DNA of 64,000 nt. Source: Phoronis australis. Lineage: Eukaryota > Animalia > Phoronida. Made by a program: the position numbers and the translations under genes. The notes beneath the pieces are model-generated. The model saw nothing but the letters and a program-made list of their open reading frames with translations, had not been told where the DNA came from and made no database searches. Shown piece by piece: positions 1 through 12,798 of the stretch. The stretch spans positions 538,863-602,862 of the forward strand of contig NMRA01000035.1 in NCBI GenBank assembly GCA_002633005.1, in the 5' to 3' direction. The first letter of the stretch is position 1; the number at the start of each line of letters is the position of its first letter.

Positions 1-480
1 GACACAATAAAACGAATTTGGATATTGACGATAGTCTTGATATGGCGAGCTGGCTGACCACTGCGTCAGTGTCTCCGTTAGACCCAGAAATTTCACACAG
101 TCCGGGTAGTTCACCTCGTCACCTAATCCCCAACATGTAGATTGAGCCTAGGACTATTACGTAATGTTTTACTCTACGGTAGAGCTAACGACCGTCAGCC
201 TGTGCACACAAAACCTGCAAGTTAACCAGCACTCACCTTGCACGTTGCAGCCGTTTAAGTGAAAAACAATCTAATAAACGCCATTTTCTTGCATAATCCT
301 CCGCCTATTGTAACAAAAAAGTCTGTCGTTGATGACCCACACGCGCTCGCTCACTCACTCTCATATGCAAACAAGCTTCACAACAAACGTCACGTGACAA
401 CAACATGTGTGTTCATCCAGAGATTTTTCTCGTGTTGTGGGGTACAATGTAGCGCAGATTTGGACTTTATCGCAATTAAT

Positions 481-899
481 CTGTGCTCTGTTGCATGAAA
501 CAGTCCCAAACAGGGACTCAACTAAGTTAACTAAATCTACTGCATATTTTTGGACTTGTGAAAACATTGATTGCCCTTTCTTGTATTGTTTTAGTTTCAT
601 TACTAAGTCAACTTTGATACAAATTGAGAGTGAGCTCTACGCTGAATTGTCAATATTATCGAAAATAAGTAGGGATCTTTTCATGCAACACACCCAATTT
701 AAAGAATGAGTCACTATTTATTTTCAGTGAATTCAGGGCTCAGTTTTTCAGAAAATGTCATCAATGAGGAGCTCATAATGAAGATGAAATGATAGAAAAA
801 CATTGCATCTGTGAATCCATAAAGACACCAAATGCGCAAAAAGACTTAGGGACCTTCGTTGAGTCCCTATTCGGGACCGTTTCATGCAACCGGCCACTG
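481..899. mobile_element. MITE-like element with ~36-45 bp terminal inverted repeats
   Basis: TTGCATGAAACAGTCCCAAACAGGGACTCAAC at ~491-522 is the near-exact reverse complement of GTTGAGTCCCTATTCGGGACCGTTTCATGCAA at ~858-889. The interior is AT-rich and non-coding. Confidence 0.7.
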
Positions 900-1256
900 G
901 ACTCCACATGAACTTTAAAAATTGTATAACATAAGGAAGATTTCAGGTAATTTGTTGAGTTGAAACTATAATTTTTATTCAAGAATTCAAGTTTTCCTAT
1001 TGACGATCGCGATTCAGCGACACATCAGTCGGCAAGTTTTCACCCTAGGATTTCAGCACAACTTTTTGAAAAATGATAGTAATTTAACAACGGAGTTTGA
1101 TAGCAATGCACCACAATTTTGTAGAAAGACTATCATAAGCTACAAATACGTCACAGAGCGTAAATTTGATGAATCCTAGCTAACATAGGATTCATTTCAC
1201 GAATAACACAAAAGGCAATGTGACCACAATGCAGTGATTAGCTTCACTCAATTTAC

Positions 1257-4200
1257 CTTTTGACATTGTAGCATGCAGCACCTGTCGTAAGTCAGTAACA
1301 TGAGATCATCAGAGACTTCAACACGGAATTCAATAATATGGCCGGCAAAAGTACCAAACAACTTCAACATAGGAAATTCTTTCATGGCGACCTAAAAAAT
1401 AAAAAAATAGTATAAACAACTAAACTTATCAATCTCAGTGAAGATGTTTCTCAATGCCGACATTTCTAATTAATTTTGAAGAGTGGCTTTGGCATGTCTA
1501 ATTAAAGACTTTGATAGCTAAAAGTGTCAGAGAGGCACAAGCTTCCTCACATTCCAACTGTTATTATTATTATTGGCTCTACCAAAAATATCAAGACTGA
1601 GCAGGAAAAATCAAATATTTCCACATTTCACTGATATTGCATTTATACCAATGAATCCCAGATTACCAAAATCTGTTACCGCCGAAAGACAACATATTTT
1701 CAAATAAAATGAGATTCCTGAAAAGTCTCAAACATTTATGGCTAATTCACTTAAAAATGCGTGCGATAGATAGCATTTGTAACAGTGATTTCATTTCAGT
1801 ATAGAATTGGCAAAATAATGTTTTATAGCCTTCAAAAACTCCAGTACCATGGAACACAGCGCACTTCTCCATGAAACATTACATTCTCCCATGAAATATT
1901 CATCCGAGTTTCTCATGGCAAGTTTCTTCACTTGCACCATGTAACAATACGAATGGCACATTGTATATGACATTACACCTATTGACTTGCTTGCAATGGG
2001 CACCAACTAGTAAAACTTGCACCCACAATTTCTCCTGCACAGTCTTATCATGGGGAACCCAGTACAGGTAAACTTCAATTGACCATTGGATGATGATTGC
2101 CCTGAAAGTTGAAGTTTACTAATGGGAGCACAATAACCCAATGAATTCAGTACAGCTGCTTGGGCTGCTTGATCACCATGTAATCCTTTATGACATCTCA
2201 TCAAGTCATAAAAATGTGCCTGTTGACTATTAGCAGCCCAGTCAGATGGCTCTGTTGGCAGGGAATGGAGTAATTGAAACTTACCCCTCAGTTGACATAG
2301 TCAATTGGGTTTCTGTTTGCAGTTTCACCTGTACTAGGTCCAACATGTGGTTAGTTGTTTACTTGAGTATTACAGCATCACCCACGGGTTATTATCCCCA
2401 TTCTTTACAACCAAGGATAGCTTTTTGAATCAAAATCCATGAGGGATGTTTTACTCTGACACTAGTTATTTAGAGCATTTTGAATGTATTTCTATGTTTC
2501 TATGCATTAAGTGAAAATAACAATCAAGATATACGGTGCAGTAAGTTCTGAAAATGTCGGCTGGTTCTAGAAAGCTATGTTCTCTCCCTTTTCTGTTTTT
2601 AATAACTTCGCTCAATGACCGAGAGCCACCCAATGTTAAGTCCCAACCCCAGCGCATAACTAGTTGAGCAATGCTGCTAGGAACAGGTAATAAAACAGAC
2701 AGTGATTTAGTAAATCACACCCAGTGTTTACACTGTGTGACCTATTTACAACATCAAACTTCCAGTTTGAATAACGTGTTATTTGTTGTTATGTTATGTA
2801 GGACCTTATCAACAAGTTTACACATTATGCCTGAATTTACAAAACTATTTAAATTATTAAGTCAGAAAAAGTATACACATTCGGAAAGTAGAAAGCCTGT
2901 AGAATTGAATTTTTGTATTTTATCATATGAACGTAATTGGATTGTGTGACTATATCTTTTCAGTAAAATTAAGCAGGTACGTTGATATAAAAACAGCGAC
3001 ATTAATAACATATCCAAATTTTGTTTAATGTTAAAAGTCCAAGATAAACCTTGGTTTTCGAAATTATCGCTATGATTTCGTTTGATGCAACTTTTGAATT
3101 TTTCATAAAAATCATAAAGTCCTTTTTATAGCCCAATCATACAGAAGTGGGTCATTTAAAAACAATACTTAATAGTGTTTCGAATAACAGTGAACAAAGT
3201 AAAGCACCTGAAAGTTTAATATGAATACGAGCACCCATCTCTGAGATACATGTTCTAAACTTGAACGTTTTTCTAGGGTTCTACTTCACCTTAATATTGA
3301 CAAAAAAATCCTTCAAAAAGATTAAAATTCTCCCTTGTACTTGATTGAAATCAATAAAAATATTATGAAGTCAAGCCACAAGAGCAGCTAAATTAAGCAG
3401 GCAATTTTAAACAGGATGTGGACGTTCTTGGTGCTAACTTTTCTATAACAAGTATCAGACAGTGATTATAAATTCTGTATCCTGGATATCTTCAATTACT
3501 ATTCCTGGAGCCAATGAATTACGCACACATTGACTTCAAATTGACAACGTTGGCACAACATATGATACAGTAAAATTTCACAAATTTTGGAGAAAAATAA
3601 TTACCAGTTGAAATTAATCTCATTTCCCTGTATTGCGAATCTCCACAGTTTCTTAAGAAACATAGTCTGATGGTGGCCATGGTAGAAAATTAAAATGATA
3701 AAGCATTTATTTGGTACTATTTATCTTTTCTGAAAAAATAATAAATAATAATTCACTTTCTTAACATTACGGTGTACTAAAAAACAAATCCCATTTTCCA
3801 GCATACACCGACATGAGACTGCATGAACGAGGTACATAATACAAGACTGGATCTTTTTCAACAGAAATGCTGGAATATTACACGATCAAACACTACATGG
3901 CACAATGTGATTAGTTATGCGTAGTAATAGGTGCGCAATATTGGTAATTTTCAAGACAAATTAGGCACCTCTTATCATCCATGATAATTACAAGCTAAGT
4001 ATCAAGAAGCTATACACTATTGTTAAGCTGTGCTCAGTTTATCTGGATAGTCAGATTGGTTTCTGCTGAAATGTATTTAATACTAAGCACCAAGCTTTGA
4101 TGCAATTTTTCCATACATATCGCGTGATTCTTCTAAAAAAACGTCCAAAATCAAAAAGTCACAAATGTGAGATATGGTTTTCCATGATTTTCTCTATGAA

Positions 4201-7200
4201 TTAAAAAAAAAACAAGTCGCACAAGAAACTCGATTTGTGCCCCCTGCTACCAATACAGCTAGATAAATAATATATGTTCCATGACTGACCAGTCAGCAGA
4301 AAACACAAACTCAATTAGCAAGATAGTTAAGTAAGGGCATATTGTTTAGGTGTGCATATCTTGCACTGTTTCTGTGTAAAATGTAATGTGAGACTTAGAT
4401 CCTTCAACACTGGTGATTGAATGGCTCCACACTCAACACGTTGTTGTTGTGCGGAAAATGGCAATTCACGAGTGTTACGTGCACAATTATAGTCATAGGA
4501 CCAATCACTGTTAACGTAGTGCATCTATTTAGCATTATAGTCATAGGACCAATCACTGTTAACGTAGTGCATCTATTTAGCATTATAGTCATAGGACCAA
4601 TCACTGTTAACGTAGTGCATCTATTTAGCATTATAGTCATAGGACCAATCACTGTTAACGTAGTGCATCTATTTAGCATTATAGTCATAGGACCAATCAC
4701 TGTTAACGTAGTGCATCTATTTAGCATTATAGTCATAGGACCAATCACTGTTAACGTAGTGCATCTATTTAGCATTATAGTCATAGGACCAATCACTGTT
4801 AACGTAGTGCATCTATTTAGCATTATAGTCATAGGACCAATCACTGTTAACGTAGTGCATCTATTTAGCATTATAGTCATAGGACCAATCACTGTTAACG
4901 TAGTGCATCTATTTAGCATTATAGTCATAGGACCAATCACTGTTAACGTAGTGCATCTATTTAGCATTATAGTCATAGGACCAATCACTGTTAACGTAGT
5001 GCATCTATTTAGCATTATAGTCATAGGACCAATCACTGTTAACGTAGTGCATCTATTTAGCAAACAATATAGCAGAGGTGAAAGTTTGCCAATTTTTCCA
5101 CAAAAACAAAGGAAAATTTCAGTCCATTATTATTAAGTAACACAGCTTTTACAGTGTAGACGTCATAAAATAATATTTCATTGGTAAAGCTACGATTATT
5201 TGCAAAATGGACATTTTGGTAATTATAAATGAACAACATAATGGAGAATTTAGGGCAAGATGCAAATCCAATATTATGTAAATCAAAATTTGTCAAGCAG
5301 ACTATAAGGCTTGTTAGTTGTTTACTATAGACTAATTACATCTTGCATGCAATGTGTAGTTATTCCTGCAACGACTCAGTGTCAGTCGTGACTATGTTGA
5401 CTGATTACCTACTTAACACAGCAAATTAGTGATACCACATAACTCTAACCTCGAATGTCTCGCAGGTAAAAAACGGCATGGGTTCCGCCTCATCAGACAC
5501 CTTCCATAACACGTCACCACTCTCGTCAAGAGTAAACTCAGTCCTGAAAGAAAAAAAACATTTGATTAATAGCTCACATCGCAACAATAATATTCAATTA
5601 CATAATATGCCAATTAGAAACTTTATGTGCTCACAATGGCAGATTTAGAATGTTGCAAGGGGGGCCTCAACAACGATATTTAAGGAAAATGGGCGAGTAA
5701 TCCCATTGGAGTCCCAATCAGATTGTTTCCAGGCAAGGGAGTTCTGATTGTCATTCATGGGCACACACTCAGCTAATTGAGCATTACGAAATACCTTGCA
5801 ATCAGCATTTTCAACATTCAAACTGCTTTTGCATAGTCCGCATGCAATTATTTCAACTAAGTAAACACCAGGAATATTGTAATAAGTGTCTAGAGGCAGC
5901 AGCAAACTATAAGGGTAACCTGCGTACATGCAGTATTCATGTCATGCAGGAGGACTTTTTATTTTGTCTGCATGGCCATGGGAAGTCTTGAATGCAACAA
6001 CCATGATCAGACTGTACACATGATCACTGGAATCAATAAAAAACTGCTAGTGTTGTGGTGAATCTGCAGTGAGTGTAAGAGGCTTCTCTTAGTCACGTGG
6101 TAATAGACAATTTCTCTTTAGTCCCATCCAAACACAGACTTACGCTAGAACAACGTGCACAAGTGCAACTTGCCCCATTTTAAGTGGACAGGAGTGTCCT
6201 CATACACATATACGATAACTAGTGCAAGTCGGAAGTTGTCTCACTCTGCATGACAATGAACAGTTGATGCAAATACCATGCGCAAAAGAGGACCTGTCAG
6301 ACTGTAACTACAGCTGATAATTACTTAAGCCTTGCCCCAGGTTTACGACCACACAGGAATTAGATTTGGCGCAAGTTACCCTAAATGGATAAGGTGGAGT
6401 ATGTTCTCACAGGTGGGGCAAGTTGCACTAGTTTGCATAGCGTCCATACAATCCTCAAACATAGTGACAACTCGTTCCAGGATTAACTAGCTCTAGAGTA
6501 AGTCTGTGTGTGGTGGCACTTTTGGCAAACAAGTTAAGGCGCATGGCTTCGACCCATAGGCTCCCAAGTTTGAGGCTCTGCTGTCCGAAAGTGATTTTCC
6601 TTTATACCGGCACCCAACAATAGTAGTCAGTGTGCTATTTCCAGATCGCTAATCAATTAGCCACAGCGGTAAGCATTGACCAGTTTTTAACAAATCCATT
6701 TTAGTATACTGTATAGGAAATTTCTTCTTTCTGACGATGTATGTATTTCATAAAATTAAGTCAGAATTAGTAGATAATTTGCATTTTTCTCGACTCACCT
6801 ACAACGTTAGCTCCTGGTCATTAACACCAGTTCTGTTTCACATAATACAAACAGTTGAATAAGCCTCTGTCTTAGAGTTGAGATTCAACAAACATTTCAG
6901 CACATCAAACATCAACCGTACTAAATTCAAACACCTTTTATAAATTTCATTTTTGGAACTGGAATAGTAAGGCACAAAGAGTAAAGTCCCAATCAAGCTG
7001 GATTTGTAGTGACCATGACCTTGGTAGCATGAACTTTGACGAGTTTCACCTATAATTATTCTTTCCAGGGGCATCAGATTGTAGTACGTAAGTACTGTTA
7101 TTGTCCTAAATTGTTCTTATCATGAAATTAACTTCGTTGAATTATATTCATAATAAACCAATTTGTGTTTGCCTAATGTGGTGCACTGGTGAATTGGGTG

Positions 7201-8408
7201 AGTTCCGTAACACCCTATAGCTGTTCAACATTGGTTTGCACTTTCATCAAATATCCCTTAACTTGCTTTAAAGTAAAAAGAGTGTGTAAAATGTTCTCAG
7301 TATCTACCAAATTCACCACGTAATGTGCTTTTTATTAAAAAGAATATATTTATTTCTTAAACTTCATTTTCATCTTGCTAGTCAACTATGTCAGGCAGAA
7401 GTATACCAAAATTCTTTCAGCAATTCAGATGTCAACCAGCTGCTCTACAACTTGGTGCAAACATAAACCAAAAACAACACTTGATAACTGCGAAATAAGT
7501 TTACTTAAGTTCTTACATTACTTTGTAAATTATCTCATGGGCAGAGCACCACTGAAAAAAATAGAGGTCTATATCGCCCAGCACCCCTGCGGTGCACCCC
7601 CATAGACCATGGGCAGTGCAGCACTGAAAAATGGTGCATCACCCATGTATCTGCGAAGTGACTCGGAACTACCATAGTAAGACACTGAGTGTACATAGAG
7701 TGCTCGTACAAAATACATGTAGACTCCTGAGTTTGAGGAGGAGGAGGATGCTGAAGGAGTTGACCTTTTGTGGCTGACCCCTCCCTCTTGCATTGGATGG
7801 GGCTTCGTCTATAATACTTTATAGTAAAGTGATCTGCAGTGAGTGAAATAATACAAAGGCGGTTAGTAAACAATTGCTTTTTTGGTCGATTAATTAAGGA
7901 GCCTGGTTTTGAAGTGTGTGGTCATACTTCGAAACCTGGCTGGAACAAGATGAATGTGTACGACGTTTCGTGCAGTCAACAGATGTTGTGGGTGAGTTTC
8001 ACAAGCAACGAGAACGGCCGGAGAACCACTGTCGTCTCGAACAAAGTCGACTGCACGAACTCATCTTGTTATTTTAGCAGATACCTATCACAAACTATAT
8101 GACATCACCTATGTATAGTTTTACTGTGGAATGTAGTATGTAAGAGGCGTGTACCAAAAAGACAGAGTCAAGCTCCCGTGGAGTCGACATGCCAAGACTA
8201 AAAATCAATGTCAATGAACTTTCTTACCCTTCAATTCCTGTCGGTTCCACTGCTCCTGCTAACGACACGCACTCCAAAATCTGGAAAAAACGTAAGGTTT
8301 TAAACTCTATCTCAAAATAAGCACATCAAGAAACCAAGTTTGACTAAACTTTTTAATAAATACCTTCCATGTTCCGAGCAAATTCTTCTCGATGTCGTCC
8401 GCCATCAT
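1257..8408 (-). CDS. 5' part (exons 1-4, 109 aa) of an uncharacterised protein with a calycin/lipocalin-like N-terminal domain; continues beyond the left edge
   Basis: Exons 8408-8364, 8280-8228, 5543-5450 and 1391-1257 all have GT-AG boundaries and matching phases (0, 2, 0). They translate to MMADDIEKNLLGTWK-ILECVSLAGAVEPTGIEG-TEFTLDESGDVLWKVSDEAEPMPFFTCETFE-VAMKEFPMLKLFGTFAGHIIEFRVEVSDDLMLLTYDRCCMLQCQK, followed by a GTAAAT donor. The fold call is inferred from the GTW motif and beta-strand pattern. Confidence 0.8.
3085..3280 (+). repeat. Dispersed ~200-bp repeat family (copy 1 of about 5 in the window)
   Basis: Shared motif order: ...TTTCATAAAAA... AAAAACAAT(A/T)C(C/T)TAA ... GAGAACAG ... 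TGAAAGTTTAATATGA ... TTTTCTAGGGT. It recurs, diverged, at ~45285-45470, ~48575-48745, ~52100-52300 and ~59385-59590. Confidence 0.6.
4486..5061. repeat. Perfect minisatellite, 12 x 48 bp, in intron 3 of the left gene
   Basis: Unit ATTATAGTCATAGGACCAATCACTGTTAACGTAGTGCATCTATTTAGC is repeated 12 times head to tail with no spacers. Confidence 0.97.
6127..6513. mobile_element. MITE-like element with terminal and sub-terminal inverted repeats
   Basis: CACAGACTTACGCTAGA (~6133) pairs with TCTAGAGTAAGTCTGTG (~6493-6509). AAGTGCAACTTGCCCCA (~6161) pairs with TGGGGCAAGTTGCACT (~6414). Confidence 0.6.
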
Positions 8409-9699
8409 TTTCCTGTTTATATCTCGCCTGTTTGTTATTCTGGTTCAGGGCTAATGATTCATCGCGCATGGGCACTTCCACGCGGCAGCTATTTTTAGAA
8501 CTTAGTTTTCTCTTACACGTCGGTTATGTTCACGTGGGCATATCCACGAGTTCATCCTAAGGCGTGCAAGCGGTCGTCACCATACTAGAACAACGTTGAC
8601 GTTTTCTGGGCTGTTACAACATACAAGGTTACACCACCTCCGTAGACCAATGAGATCGTGACTTGAGCTACGCGTACCCTAGCCTTGGTACAAAGTTGTA
8701 TACTCAGTAAACTTGTCTTCATACAGCTACATGTAGCTGGCTGGCTACCCGTACCCGCGGCCGACTTAAGTGTATCAGATGTTATTGCCCATAGAAAAGA
8801 AATAGAAAGTCTTCAGCTTGCGTTTTGTAAATGGTTATTATGAACAGGTACCAAGACAACAAATGTTGTTGTTAAAGGTGAATGTGGACGTTTTGTGTGT
8901 GACATATGGTAACGGCCGGCCATGATTACTATTTGACTGAAATTGTTAAAAAGAATGCGAGTAGCCTACGGTAGATTGCCAAGACAATTACATAATGCTG
9001 CGTGAAAACGACTCGAAAGGTTAAAAGAACTGATTACCTTAGCCAAAAAAATATTATTCACAACCGGGTTTGGCTGTGTTTGGTTGCAACAAGGTGTTGG
9101 TGATGAAATGAATGTTTTAATTTCTTTTAAGCAAAGATCAAGGATATGAATTTTTAATTGTGGCCGTCTTCATTTGCAAATACGGATAAATGTAATTATT
9201 ACCGTTCAGTTACATCTGAATTAACTTGTGAAAAATATTTACCGGTATGTGGTAGCCTGTCTTTAAATCTAGTATTTGCAATAGCAAATTTGAGGTGGGT
9301 TCGACCCATCATCTTATGATTGAGTTGGGTAGAAGAAACAATATGCATCGATCAGAAATAATTTGTAAAGTTTGTAACACCGATGAAATTGAAACAGATA
9401 TACACTTTTTATTTGATTGTTTATTTATCTATTTATTTATTTATTGTGATATTTAAAATGGGGGTGGCCTCTCAGTGATAGCAACCAGCTGGGTTGCCAA
9501 ACAACGAATAGGCTACTGCACTTGGGACATTTTGCCGCTCAGCTCATGTCAATGTTTATAAGTGAGTATAGACATTTTTATTTGACTACTCACGAAATGA
9601 GAACAAACTTAGGTCAAAGGAACCCAAATATTTTCTTATAGATTGCATAATGGAAAAAAACAAATCTTATGCAAGAGCTTCGATAAGTAAGAATTAAAT

Positions 9700-10890
9700 T
9701 CACCACTATACAAAAATCATGTACCCAGATGACTCCTCTCTCATTGTTTGAAACAAGGCATTGCCACCAATAGGAAATATTTGACTGAGTTATACCTTAA
9801 CGGCTGAAACACGAAATCATGTTTATCTAATTTAATTTTGCGATAACCTCATACTCGTGTAAAAACACTTCCTTCCAGCAGGGTTTAGCCACATTTTTTT
9901 GCCGAAAGCTTGAAAACGTAATCACCAAATTGCATCAAATGTGTGTGTTTTCATAAGAATTGATTATGAAAAACATGTCGTTGCCACGATCCTTTTTTGA
10001 TAAATATTATTGTTTTAGTCCATGACAACTTTGAACGCCTAATGAAGGATTCAACATGCAAAGTTTAACATGAGAAATCTTGTACCATTGTTGTCCTACT
10101 CATTCTATCAATCTTTCCATGCCAATTAAAATTGAAAATGCGTTTTCTAACGCCTTCTTTTCAGTGACGGTGATGGAATAATAGTAAATAAATATACCAG
10201 CTTAGAAATGACAAGTGATTTCAACACTGGTATTTTACCATACTTTTAAATCTTTTTCAATTTCGTAATTTAGGTCTGGAATGTCCGAAAGACTTAAACT
10301 GAACTTTTACTCCTAATAAGATTTAGACCAAACTGAGATCAGAATCTGGACATAAACAATCGTCTCTGAAGGGCTTTTGATTCCAATCCAGACACACAGA
10401 TTTTTTCCACCTTTGGTTTTAAACAAGAGTATTTAAAAATTGGTCCAGCAGTTTTAAACAATTTTAAAGATTCGTGGGAGCCTTCAAGTATCAAAATCGT
10501 GCCATCCGCATTTTGCACATACACATCCAATTTCATAGTTTCAGTTTAATTATTTTGTAGCAATAACAGGGCTAAAATTTCTGCAAAGAGGATGAATAAA
10601 CACGGAGAAATTGGGTCACCTTGACGACAACCTCTTCCAATATTAAAGTTTTAAGAGATAAACCCATGTTGTAATACACAGAGGATGGATCCGTCACTGA
10701 AAACAATAACCAATCTACGAAGATTTTGAGAAAATTAAAGAAATGAAATGTTTAATTTATATAAAAGCTAAATCGTCACCGTAGAACGTTTCTTCAAAAT
10801 CGACAAAGGACTAACAGTTCTGGCATATTATTTTTTCCTTAAATCCCATTACAACTTATACTAGTTGCGTATTTTCTCAAATAAACATAT
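9700..10890 (-). mobile_element. Decayed Tx1/L1-clade LINE reverse-transcriptase remnant
   Basis: Broken minus-strand frames give FVDFEETF, GRGCRQGDPISPCLFILFAEILA, QNADGTILILEGS (a degenerate QYADD motif), GKIPVLKSLVISKL and VESFIRRSKLSWTK, in the order expected for L1/Tx1 ORF2. There are multiple stops and frameshifts. Confidence 0.8.
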
Positions 10891-11842
10891 TTGTAAATGT
10901 TGATTTCTTGACCCCGAAAGCGCTTTCATGGGCTTTATTTGCCACTCAGTGCCGGATCTTGAATTGTAGTGCCGAATGACCCGGCTACTAAGTACTGCGC
11001 TATGATTTTCACGGATGCTATGGTTGGCCCAACGCTAATGAAATTCCGAGCCTGTTAGGCGTTTTAGTAGCGCAACTGCCTGGTTTCCGAATGTTCGGAA
11101 TTGCACTCGTACATGTTGGCACCATGGGTATTTCGCTCACATATGGCAACTGGCTTAGGTAATAATTGGTATAAAAGGAACAAGGATCCTGTTTTAAGCC
11201 TAGTGATCGAACTATTAGTTGCTCGAGTCATTAGGCAGAGATTGACGTGACTTCAAATTAAATAAATCATATAATTGCGAAGTAGGATAACAAGTTTTGT
11301 TTACACAATTTAAAGGCCGCCTTCTCAGTACCTGTTGGAAACAAAGGCGGCATTTCTGATATACATGTAGGCCTACTCCTCTGCGTTCAGTGAGCGCAAG
11401 ACATGTCCGAGAAGCACTTGCGCATTATGACTTCTGGAACAGACTCAAACAATGAATTCTAATTAACATCCCAACCTCACTGACCAACAACTTTTGCTTG
11501 GCCATCGCCAGTAAGACCCGAAACATATCTGTAAAACATTCGCTTATCCTATTCGCGTGCCTGTGATTTTGTGTGGTCTAACCTGGTTCCCGGGCCTCAC
11601 AAGCTGACGTCTCGAGGGTTTGTGCTGGAGACTATTGCGTGGTCGTGCACGAATTTGCTTTTTCACGAGATTCTTGGCTTGAGTCTGCTACGCTGGCAAC
11701 GCCTGGTTGTTTTTTTAAGTCGCGAGTAGTTGAGAACCAGTTTGGTATCCGGCGGAGACGTTCCGTTGGCCGCTGGATGAAAAGTGTCGTTCGTAAATTA
11801 CGAGCTTTTAGTGAAAGATTTTTTAAGTTTGAATGATCTGTT

Positions 11843-11997
11843 CAGGGGCGTATCCAGGATTTTGAGTTAGGGGGCCAGGGCAGAGTATTAGCCAGGATTT
11901 TGCCCGTCAGACATTCGCACCCCGAACTACCAAATGTAATCTGGGAGAATTTTAGGGGAGGCATGGCCCCCTCGGCCCCCTTTTAAATCCGCCACTG
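11843..11997 (+). mobile_element. ~155-bp MITE (CAGGGGCG(G/T)ATCC...ATCCGCCACTG family), copy 1
   Basis: Short TIRs, flanked by CTGTT on both sides (possible 5-bp target-site duplication). Close copies lie at 23800-23965 and, inverted, at 55121-55270. Confidence 0.75.
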
Positions 11998-12798
11998 CTG
12001 TTAACTCTCGCAATACACTTGCAAAAACTCCAAATCCCGTAGAAGATATTGCCAAAGCAGCACATGACCACAGTCGTTATACTTGCGAGATTCTTGCGTT
12101 AGGAGAACTCAACTTCGCACGAGTTTGTGGGATAAGAGTGCTGCTGAACAAGTATAGAAATTTAGTCTGAACTGTTATTAAATCGCCACTGGCAAATTTA
12201 GTATACTAAAGGTCACAATCACAATTATCAACTGAAATGTCCTCATTTTTGGTATTTTCGGAAGCAGAACTCCAAAACCCGCCTATGCTTGAAAACGGGA
12301 TTTTTTGACGAGATAACTACGAAATGTTCATTTTCAACGACCAAGGCAACAAATATTCAAAATTAATTACGCCTGCACCTAGGGTGAGTCAATGCATCAC
12401 GTAACGAGACTGACTAGCAAGCAATTACTCAGGCGGTCTCCAAGTTAGCCCACCTTATATCTCGGAGGATTCGGAGATAAGCTGAATTAATCTCCTAATT
12501 AATTTTGATCCAACTACAATTTGAAAACATTGTAAATTTGACTTAGACGTTGCGGCCATTGTTGTCAACAGTCGAGTTCACTTGGTCAAGTACTTCTAAA
12601 GAATTGCATATCCAGGTTTTCTAAAGGTCTCTGTTTTAACGTGATAAGGTAACTCTATTTTAGGTTTATTCTGTACCCCTCGATGAATTGGTTTCTATCG
12701 GTTGCTACTAAACTGAGTTATTTTTTATTATTTAGTGATGTAAACAGCGAGTTAAGATTGCATTCGATCACTACACCGGAGAATGGGATAAACGCACA

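Noticed and set aside
3-140. Plus-strand frame open from the window edge (…LDIDDSLDMASWLTTASVSPLDPEISHSPGSSPRHLIPNM*)
   Set aside because: Only 45 codons with no recognisable motif. It cannot be distinguished from chance without the upstream sequence.
1791-2430. Short ORFs in intron 3 of the left gene
   Set aside because: No splice-consistent exon is needed, since exons 3 and 4 join in phase, and there is no recognisable motif. Possibly an old element relic.
4404-5136. CRISPR array, or 219/239-aa proteins from the 48-bp repeat
   Set aside because: The units are contiguous with no unique spacers, there are no cas genes, and the context is a eukaryotic intron. The ORFs follow from a unit length divisible by 3.
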